Shown here piece by piece: positions 11,606 through 20,000 of a DNA stretch of 20,000 nt. Source of the stretch: Spongospora subterranea f. sp. subterranea (Eukaryota). Where the stretch lies: the NCBI GenBank assembly GCA_049724395.1, contig JAUGWO010000033.1, positions 113,559 through 133,558 of the forward strand, in the 5' to 3' direction. The notes below the pieces were generated by a model, which saw only the letters and a list, made by a program, of their open reading frames with translations, had not been told where the DNA came from and searched no databases. Within the stretch, counting starts at the first letter, position 1. Every line of letters begins with the position of its first letter. A program made the position numbers and the translations under genes.

Positions 11606-13332
11606 CTCCCTCGGTTCAACAATGATAGTCCGGTTCAGGGAGTTTTTAAAACTTAATGCCAATTTTTTGAATATTTTTTAATAGAGTGTAGAATGACATA
11701 GAGCGCTCTTTGTGCTATATCTTCTGGGGGCTGCGCAATATTGGTTTTTCAAAAAGCGCGGGCGATTTGACGCCAGTGTGTCATTTCAATATTTACCGCT
11801 CCCATTACCATGCCAGGAGCCGCCCAACCACCAAACCTTTCCAACTTTACCAATGAAGTTATAAACGGTATACTACAGGCTCTGCTAAGAAGAGCTACGC
11901 ACAACACACTTGAAAAGGGGGCACTGTCCGATACAGCAGTCGCTTGTGGGCTTTCAACGAAGACGATTTCACGGATCTGGCCGAGCCAAACAATGCTTTG
12001 AGAATGGACAACAGTTTCCCGACGTTAGCTCTAAAATTAAAGAAAAATCGGTTCGAAAACCGAAGTGCCGTGAGGATATGAGTCAAAAGATCGCTGAGGT
12101 TTCACTCAGGCGTCGGGGGACGATCAGAGGGCTTTCATTTGCGACAGGAATCCCTGTAGGGACTCTGTTCAATATAATGAAGAAAAGGGCCTCAAACGTG
12201 TTACAAGTTCAATAAAGCCGTTACTGACAGAAGAAAACAAACGGCAAAGGCTTTGATTTGCTCTATCAATGCTCTCTAATGAATCGACTGTTTTCCAGTC
12301 GATGTATGATTACAATTCATATTGATGAGAAGTGGTTTTATATGACCAAAACGAAAAGAAATTACTATCTCTTGCCAGAAGAAGATGTTCCACATCGATC
12401 GTTCAAAAGCAAGCGATTTATTGCCAAGGTGATGTTTCTGGCAGCAGTTGCGAGGCCTCGGCACGACCCTCACACCAACAAGCAGTTCGACGGTAAGATC
12501 GGTATCTGGTCTTTCACTTGTCCAGGAGCCCGCGAAACGAAATTCGAAAAATCGCGGAAAAGGCACCATGGTCACAAAGCCAATCGAAGTCACCAGGCCA
12601 GTATACGTGAAAATGATCACAGAGAATGTGATTGAGGCTATTAAAAACAAGTGGCCTATTGGAAGTAAGAGCATGCAAATCAGAATTCAACAGGACAATG
12701 CTCGACCGCATGCAAGTATTAACGATCAAGTAATCGTTGACGCTGGCACGTCAAATGGATGGAATATTGTTTTGACATGCCAGCCTCCAAATAGTCATGA
12801 CTTGTCTTGGACCTGGGGTTTTTTAATGCCATTCAAGCCTTGCAGCACCAGGAGGCCCCAATAAGCATCGACGAGCTTATTTCAGCAGTACAAAAGTCTT
12901 TCGACGACATGCCACCTGAAAAGCTGGACAATGTCTTCCTTTCTTTACAGAAAGCGATGGAATGTGCAATGAGAGTCGAGGGGTGGAAATAACTATGCGG
13001 TTGCCCATATTGGAAAAGACAAGTTACGGTCACAAATGCTCTTCCAGTTTCCATAATATGTGATCCAGAAGCAATTGACAAGGCGAGAGATTTTCTAAAT
13101 TCGTAATACAATAGGGTCGTCCGGTGTTGAATTTTGATTTGCATGCCCTTTACTTCCAATAGGCCTGACCATGGTGCCTTCTTTCGCGATTTTTCAAAGT
13201 TCGTTTCGCCGGCTCCTGGACAACGAAAGGCCAGATAACCGATCTTACACCTATTACTGTATAGGAATCGGACAATCATTGTTGAACAAAACCAAATCCC
13301 CGAATCGGACCATCATTGTTGAACGGAGGGAG
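11606..13332 (+). mobile_element. Tc1/mariner DNA transposon, plant-type DD39D (Stowaway-like TIRs), 1727 bp
   Basis: TIRs of about 35 bp: CTCCCTCGGTTCAACAATGATAGTCCGGTTCAGGG versus the reverse-complemented right end CTCCCTCCGTTCAACAATGATGGTCCGATTCGGGG. TA TSD at 11604-11605 and 13333-13334. Removing the element restores the Gypsy A RT frame (SLLLII-I-SVFVGCHDFGLKLN). Confidence 0.96.
11810..13106 (+). pseudogene. Frameshifted mariner transposase
   Basis: HTH region (STKTISRIW), IHIDEKWFY, KVMFLAAVARPR, FDGKIGIW, IQQDNARPH and QPPNSHDL..LDLGFFNAIQ are spread over several frames. Confidence 0.93.
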
Positions 13333-14199
13333 TATAATAATCAAAAGCAATGATTTTGGTGTTAGAGGATGTGCCAAAAAAACGTCAATCCAAATCAGAA
13401 GTTGGTTCATCGATAAAACACCTCGAAATATCTGATCCATACCACACTGGAATGCGAAAACAGAGTTGGTGTTGCTTTGTGGTAAACGGCACGGGGTAAC
13501 AATTCCGAACGGTGTCATCATGGATTGAGATTTTATAGCACCAGCAATGGGAAACTGCCAGAAGCCCTTGAAAGCGTCAAAAACGGCATAAACGCGAGAG
13601 GTGGATAAATATGTATCAAACGATTGAGAAATAAATTAAGTACTCGCAGATCAACGACTGACCGAAGACTGCGATTAGTCTCAGATTTAGAAACGCAAAA
13701 CACGGGAGAGGCCCATTGAGAGAATGCGGGTTTTCGTACCCAAATCCAAATTCAATAAGTTTGTAGTAATCTTCGGGTCTACGGAACCAGGCACTCGGTT
13801 TGGTGGCTGGTAATCAGAATCAATCGTTTCTTTCAGGACGAGTTCCAAGAGGGAGAGTGTTTCTATACGCGCGAACATGGTACGCGCGCGTACCCATACG
13901 CGCGCGGAGTTTTTGTTCATACTATTCCCCTCACAGTCGTGGCGCAACCCTGCGATTTGACGAAGAAGACGGTAGACTTTTCGGGAGGATTGGATCTTGA
14001 CCACTTTCTGACCACTTCCCTACCAATCGTAAAAGTTGTTCAGAGGGCATAGCCGCAGCAGAAAATTTGGGAAAACACCTGTGGCAATACATTAAGACGT
14101 AAAGAGGGATAATCCAGGTTTCGGGCTAAAGGGAGTATTTACTAGGAGCTACAATAAGAACGATTATACCAAAATTACTGTCGCTTGCAATTTTATTAT

Positions 14200-15150
14200 T
14201 AACAGTCAAATTACTCGAAAGAAATCCTCATAACCAGGATTGTTATTCTTCAATGTTTCGATGTGCTGCCTGATGTTGTCACCCAAAATTTCAGCTGCGG
14301 TTACGCCATGGACAGTGCCAGGTGTTAACACGAATTTGTCAATTCGAATCATGCCAATGGAACAAATTGGGGCAACAACTCGTATCTACAAATATATGTT
14401 TCAGCGTTTCGTCGACAGTTTACAAAACGTGATGATTCAATACCTCCGTATCAAGATAGAGTATATGACCTGAGTCAAGCTCAAACAGGACGTTTGTTTT
14501 TCCATGTACCTCTCCGGTTCGAAAACCTATAAAATGAATGACTTATTCGGGCTTTAACATGCGTAAAACAACATCATACTGTTAGAATCTGTGCATACAT
14601 CGCACTCTCGGCGACACCGCAAACCCTGCCTGGAATCCAATAAAATATTTTTGTTCCAGGACCAATCTCAGGACTGAACAAACTATTATTTTACATCAAG
14701 TATAAAGAAAGTGGAAAGCAATGTCTACAGGCTGGGTTCAAACGCCGGTTCGATTTGACCGTTAGGCTCAGGAACAGCAACATCAATCGACCCATCTCTT
14801 GCGACAATGGGATACTCAGACTCGCTATTTGCGAACAAGGAGTTGAAGCTACTGTCATCCTCAGATGATACGGAAATGGTGGGGTTGCTTTCTTCGTCGA
14901 CAACCTCTGCCTGACATCCTATTTACGGTAAGAAAAGGGATCTTAATTTCACTAAAAACAACAACTAAATGCTATTCAGACCTTGATTGTCAATCCCAGG
15001 CATTTCTAATGCAGTAGCTAGTATTGGATCAGAGATCTGTGGGCAAACGGGTAGATCATCAGCAGGAACGGAGGCGAAAGGTTCACGAGGAACACTAGTT
15101 CCTGAAGAGCGAGACGAAATAAATGAGAGACAAGAAGAAAAGTTGACTGG
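14200..15150 (+). pseudogene. Possible second, convergent, spliced gene remnant inside the MULE
   Basis: Plus-strand intron-like GTAAGA..TATTCAG (about 14928-14979) is followed by a charged, helical-looking frame DLDCQSQAFLMQ*LVLDQRSVGKRVDHQQERRRKVHEEH*FLKSETK*MRDKKKS*. Further acceptor-like sites occur near 14585 and 14659. Confidence 0.3.
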
Positions 15151-17465
15151 CTACGGAAGCATTCAAGAGAAGGGTTAAAAAAGATGTCATACAGACCCTG
15201 GAAAAGAGGACAATTGCGGCTATTGGCTCGATGACCCAGACTATCGGAACGCCCAGCGGTGCTACAGACGGAGCAATGTACAGGTCGCCTAGAAGGCAAC
15301 GGACGATTCAAAGAAGAGAGGTTGCCGGATTCAACGATAGGACGGCCACTCGAACGGTTTCGGTGTAGTGGTGGCAGCAATCCACGTGACTTGGTTGGGC
15401 TAGGTCCATGCAATGCAGCATCAACAACCGCTTGTGCATCCGCTAGTGCCGCGATCGTGAGCCTATACACGTGATCTCCCTGAGATGAACCGATGGACGC
15501 CAATGCCCGGCACTTCTCGTCAATGATCCTGTATCGGACGTCTCTTGTTCTTGGAACAGTGATTCGTTGATAAAGGTCCAACGAGACACCTACATAATGG
15601 TAAACATAAGGACACAAATTGGGAGGGTACTCACCCCTTTGAGTGACCACTTCCTCAGTAGGTTAATGTCCACTGCTTGAAGAAGCGGGAGGTGTGTTGG
15701 AATGCACGATCCCAAGGCAAGACAGGGCTTGCTCGTATAACGGGTGGTTAACTAGATACCATCGTCCAGCTAAGGTATCAATGTTGAAAAGAGGCAGCGC
15801 TATTTTGTGGAACACTGCACAGATTCCAACACACGGAATCTGGCAACTGCCAAAATAGGCACAATTACACAGCGGAAACGCATCGTGGCCAGTTGATATG
15901 GTGACGGAATGTGGATCCGATTTGTCACAACGCTTTGAAACGCTCCAAAGGTTTCCGACAAGTATGGATTCATATTCGCTGACCTGGAGGTTTTGTGCCT
16001 TCCATCGATCGTCGACGTAACGACTCCATTTGCGACCCTCGCGTATCAACAATTGAATTTCGCGCAAAGAACACAAATCTTGCCTCTTTGTCAGCGAAAT
16101 GACATGCCTGGTTAGCTGGTTCAAATTGAACTTCGCTATATGCGCATTGTTGAGACCTGACTCTTTGATCCTTGCATTGATGGACTCGGCCCGCTGTGTC
16201 GTCACATGTCCTGCAGTGAAACATTTGGACGTGAAGGTTGCACAAACTTTCTCCTTCTTGACCAGAACGGAATCAAGAAACCGGAGAGCATCACCATAAC
16301 CAGCAAGCCTCGCATAGAATGTGTTAAAAAAATCCAAAAAGGATACCTCCGAATCAAAAATAGTACAAAGTAGAGAGTGGCAATCTCTCATGAAGGTATT
16401 GCGGAACTCGGAATTCATTCCACGGTGACAATGGAGGATAGATTTATGAAAATGTTTTGTGCAGAGCAGATGGCGCAATCGCAGTTCACAAGCAGCTGTC
16501 TCAAAAGCCGAAGCTCCATCAGTCATCAAAACCGAAGCTCCAGTGAAATACTGATAAAAAGTCTGATAGGCCTTTATCACGCTCCTAGAATTTTCGGATG
16601 GAGCAAACCCGATACCACCTATGACCGTTTTGCCCAAACAGTCAATATTTGAGAAAACCAACAAAATCAGTGAATATACACTGATGTTGAAGGTACCATG
16701 CGTGCCAGAAGAGTGAAATCCGAATAAGACCGACAATATTTCTCCATTGCTGTAGTTTGAACAATGGCACCGTTGATGCGCAGGCCTTCTTCGAACTCCA
16801 GCTGTAAAATTCCTCCTGAATTTGAGATATCTGTCCCGAAGGCGAAGAAATCTTTCATGCCGTCTGGATCGGAACCAAAATTAGCTACCTTGCTCTTCTT
16901 GATCATACGCTGAATCAAATGGCTGTCGTAGTGTCTCTGGGGAAATTGTGTTGCAAGGATGCGGCGCAACAATGGCGCGTTTGCATGACAGCCACAAGTA
17001 ATCATGAGGTCCTTTTCCGATGGGTATAGATCTCTCTCGAAACGAACGAGAACGTCTGAACTTTCAGGTATCACGTCGACGCTATGATTATGATCTAAAT
17101 TTAAACCATCGGTATCCTTGATGATATAATGGCGCTGGGCGAACATGAAGGTGAATGGAACTTTAAAACTGCATTTTCCATGGATTTTAGAAGTGCAATA
17201 AAAAGTGCCCCTCTGGACAGCGGATCTAGCAAAAATCAGTTGCGACCTGGCATCGTCCATCTTATGGGTGGATTTGCCGCAATTGAATCCTCGTTGTTGG
17301 GCAAAACGCCGGACTTCCGCCTCTAATTGCTCAAAAGTCTCGAATTGAGACCCGGCTTCGAGTGTGCCTCTATTATCAATACTGATACGACATGGATCAA
17401 AAAACTATGCGAATCGAAAAGAAGGGTTCATACCTTGCAACGACGTTACCTGCCTCCGCCCCCAT
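15018..17465 (-). pseudogene. MULE transposase (FAR1/WRKY-GCM1-like N-terminus, DDE core, SWIM-like finger, C-terminal zinc knuckle), disabled
   Basis: GSQFETFEQL..FAQQRGF; C..C..HNH; frameshift at the expected first catalytic Asp (FTLL/GTHG, about 16708); LMTDGASAF; HLLCTKH; TTQRAESIN; CNC..PC; in-frame TAA at 15663-15665; CSVC..GHRANSRNCP. Probable short introns near 17382-17433 and about 15590-15634. 3' end approximate. Confidence 0.9.
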
Positions 17466-17887
17466 TAGAAAAAAGTGTACGGTCTTCTTGGTTAAAGCTC
17501 AGGGTTGCGCCACGACTGAGAGGGGAATAGTATGAACAAAAACTCCGCGCGCGTATGGGTACGCGCGCGTACCATGCTCGCGCGCATGAAAACAATATCC
17601 CGTTCCAAGACCCCAGGCCGAGGCCTCGCGCAGTCCGCGAGTTCCGCCTGGCTACGATGGGTTTGATAGCGTGGCTATGATAGAGCAGCTCCATAGTTCT
17701 TGGATCTTGGAATATTAGCTAATCATCAATGAGTGGCTCAATTGATACGCTCCCCTCCTCAAAATCACGTCTAGGTATAATGAAGAGATGGTTCTGAGAC
17801 CATATTGTTCATCTGTATGTTCATCCAATCAGCTTTCATCAACATTCATTAAATCAGATCTGATCATCTAGGGTCATCTTTCATCAA

Positions 17888-18157
17888 TTCATCAATCATC
17901 AGATTCATCAGTTCATCAATCATTAGATTCATCAGTTCATCAATCATCAGATTCATCAGTTCATCAATCATTAGATTCATCAGTTCATCAATCATCAGAT
18001 TCATCAGTTCATCAATCATTAGATTCACCAGTTCATCAATCATCAGATTCATCGATTTATCAATCATCAGATTCATCGATTCATCAATCATCAGATTCAT
18101 CGGTTCATCAATCATCAGATTCATCAGTTCATCAATCATCAGATTCATCAGTTCATC
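17888..18157. repeat. Minisatellite, 11 x 24 bp (TTCATCAATCATCAGATTCATCAG), in the Gypsy B 3' UTR
   Basis: Directly visible tandem array between the chromodomain end (about 18200) and the PPT (17750-17760). Degenerate TTCATC units extend left to about 17807. Confidence 0.97.
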
Positions 18158-18694
18158 TGTTATTTTACCTAAAACGGAGTAACTTACTAACCATTTCTAA
18201 AATGTCCGCATCAAAACCACGTGGGAAAAGCTTGGATCAAATTTTAGTAGGTCATCAGTCAGATTCAGATAATTTTTTGAGACATTCTTTACATCATCAG
18301 CGTACGCATTTCCTTCTTTCTTCAATTTCTTCAAAAAGTCTTCACTAATTCTGGAGCATCATCAAATAAATTCTTCAGAGGCTCTCAAGAATTTTGTCTT
18401 CTGTGAAACCCTTCCACTCAACCAGCAGTTCCAGTTGGTGGTTTTCCGGGTTCAGTCTACAGCCACGAAAATGATCTATTTGGTAAGATTCATTATCGTG
18501 GACAAATTGCCTTTTTATTTCCTCCGTCACATCCAGTTTGTCATCTGCATAGAATCGAAATTGATCACCATGGACCCATCGTCTGCTGTGATTAAATAAA
18601 CATAATCATCTTTCGTCTCCGTGACATGGTATGGACCGCGCCACCTCAGGAATAATTTCCTGCCTGTTATCTTGGCTGGTTCTGGTACACCGAC

Positions 18695-19192
18695 TGTTAG
18701 GAACTGCGCCCGAGATACACAGTTACCAACTGACTCAAAAGGTACTATGATGGCTCATGGTCCGAAAGTCTTAGGTATATAAGGATCCGAGAATGAAGCC
18801 ATCATTCTCGGGTCATGATAGTATCCCCCGTTTAGGAGCGACCCCCATGACCTTCCAGCCCCCGTGCGACTTCCTAGATTATCCTCTGACTGGTGAGCAT
18901 AGAAACGAGATAACACAGTTGAGAGAGAAGGAAGAAGACGAAAGAATCCAGTCAGGCGGGGAAGTCTGACACGAAAGGTATATAAGGCAACCCCCATGCC
19001 GTTACATGTAAGCCGCGAGTGACCCCAAAATACTGTGAACACTAAGGAAATCGAACTCACAACCTTAATAGTCATCATACTGTCAGGAACTGCGCCCGAG
19101 ATACACAGTTACCAATTGACCCAAAAGGTACTATGATGGCACAAGGCCATCATTCTCGGGTCCTTATATCCTAAGATTTTCGGATCATGACA
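18695..19192 (-). mobile_element. TRIM-like non-autonomous LTR retroelement, 498 bp (terminal repeats 18695-18820 and 19081-19192)
   Basis: TG...CA termini. 5-bp TSD CCGAC at 18690-18694 and 19193-19197. The first 60 bp of the two repeats match at 57 of 60. PPT-like AAACGGGGGATAC on the minus strand (18833-18821). Removing the element restores the integrase frame GDYVLVGVPEPAKITGRKLFLRWRGPY. Confidence 0.92.
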
Positions 19193-20000
19193 CCGACCAG
19201 AACGTAATCGCCAGTTCCAAAATTTGGTGTTCTTCGGTATTTCTTCTGTTTTTCAAAATCCTCTGTTGCGCAGACTTCTCCGATAGAGACTTGTGCATTG
19301 AATCCAACGCACTGCGCATTTCTTCTACGAGATTCTAAATTCTCGAAACACCAACGCAGTTGTTAGCGAACTGCGCTCTACCAGGGTATTTGAAGATTGC
19401 ATCAAGTGAATTATCAGGTTGTAGCCCAGTCATCACCGTAATTGGGGCGATTCCAATCAGGCGGCTCTGACCGCGTTGATTGGTCGTGTGCTCAATGTTC
19501 CGGTTCAACCACGGCCAGTGTTCCTTATCCCATCTGAGTTCGGACAGCGGCTCGGATCAAGGCTAAATAAATTTTGTTGATCCCCTCGATCGTCACATTA
19601 TTGTAGTGTCCATACGCCGTAGTGACGTGTTGGCCTGACGTTACACTGTCTGGCGAACTCCTTCATCGTCGTCGATACGAAGTACGAGGCCATATCGGAA
19701 ACCAGGATATGCGGTTTCAAACTGGTATCTCCACTCCATCAGTGCCTCCACAGTCACGGAAGTATTCGGCTGTTTTGCTGGCGTCATCACGTAACATCAG
19801 ATTTCCATCTGGAATTCATGAATACCGTTCTTCATCGGCCAAAGATAAATCCAATCCATATGGATGACTTCGTTTGGCTTCTGACCGTGAACTTGCGTTC
19901 CTAGATGTCGTGGGATTCGCATTTCTCCCCTCGTCGGCAGGCAGTGCAGGCAGGAGCTGCATATCGCCTTCACAAATTGCCAGTCACTTCTTCCAGTAAG

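Larger units (their letters stand above)
8855..13611 (-). mobile_element. Ty3/Gypsy chromodomain retrotransposon A (degenerate; 3' half only: RT, RNase H, integrase, chromodomain, PPT, 3' LTR), interrupted by the mariner and truncated on the right by Gypsy B
   Basis: RT: YAVFDAFKGFWQFP..TPFG..RLPQ..WIDV (13335-13611), continuing as FGLKLNASRC (<=11603). RNase [21 protein letters not shown]. Integrase: HSGSAGH..CLHC and WRGPPRI. Chromodomain: YEVEEIL..KIRWRGF..DSWEP (about 9290-9440). Many stops and frameshifts. Left boundary uncertain. Confidence 0.92.
13851..17601 (-). mobile_element. Mutator-like element (MULE), 3751 bp, with TIRs of about 130 bp and a 9-bp TSD
   Basis: Perfect TSD GTTCCAAGA at 13842-13850 and 17602-17610. 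TIRs at 13851-~13981 and ~17470-17601 begin GGGA. Internal MULE transposase present. Confidence 0.96.
13612..17749 (-). repeat. 3' LTR of Gypsy B, about 378 bp, split by the MULE into 13612-13850 and 17611-17749
   Basis: Terminal inverted repeat TGTATCAA (13612) / TTGATACG (ends 17749; 7 of 8 match). The right end abuts the PPT. The left end coincides with where Gypsy A RT similarity stops. Confidence 0.75.
13612..20000 (-). mobile_element. Ty3/Gypsy chromodomain retrotransposon B (degenerate; integrase, chromodomain, 3' UTR, PPT, 3' LTR), running off the right edge of the window
   Basis: Integrase: CLHCLP..RIPRHLG..KPNEVIHMDWIY (about 19840-19960), LVSDMASYF, GDYVLV..KLFLRWRGPY. Chromodomain: YQIDHF..LLVEWKGF..S*EPLKNLFDDAPELV (about 18340-18490). 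PPT GAGGAGGGGAG at 17760-17750. Confidence 0.9.

Noticed and set aside
13614..17747. Non-canonical TA...TA termini for the Gypsy B LTR
   Set aside because: Extending 2 bp each side gives TGTATCAA/TTGATACG, a canonical TG..CA end with one substitution that abuts the PPT, which is simpler.
17864..18148. 94-aa (MNLMIDEL)n ORF, or a CRISPR-like array
   Set aside because: It is a by-product of a 24-bp tandem repeat. There are no unique spacers and no cas genes, and the context is a eukaryotic retroelement UTR.
19043..19068. tRNA T-arm or Pol III B-box-like GGTTGTGAGTTCGATTTC in the TRIM interior (minus strand)
   Set aside because: The B box is imperfect and I found no cloverleaf or clear A box.

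Overview
Eukaryotic DNA with a compact gene structure (GT-AG introns mostly 45-63 bp), resembling a protist such as a phytomyxid; the taxon is an inference. Bases 1-7300 are gene-dense: the 3' part of a probable tail-anchored membrane protein gene, a 10-exon bacterial-type EttA (ABC-F) gene with a likely mitochondrial presequence, a SAM + 3xPH protein and a calcyphosin-like EF-hand protein. From about 8850 to 20000 is a nest of five transposable elements whose junctions can be rebuilt from target-site duplications (TSDs) and rejoined reading frames. A chromodomain Ty3/Gypsy element (A) is interrupted in its RT by a DD39D-type mariner (TA TSD) and by a second chromodomain Gypsy (B). Gypsy B carries a Mutator-like element (9-bp TSD) in its 3' LTR, a 24-bp minisatellite in its 3' UTR and a 498-bp TRIM-like retroelement (5-bp TSD) in its integrase. 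The most unusual signals are the TRIM's apparent tRNA-independent (Tf1-like) self-priming site and rearranged LTR, an inverted transposase fragment inside the mariner, and a possible second convergent gene in the MULE.
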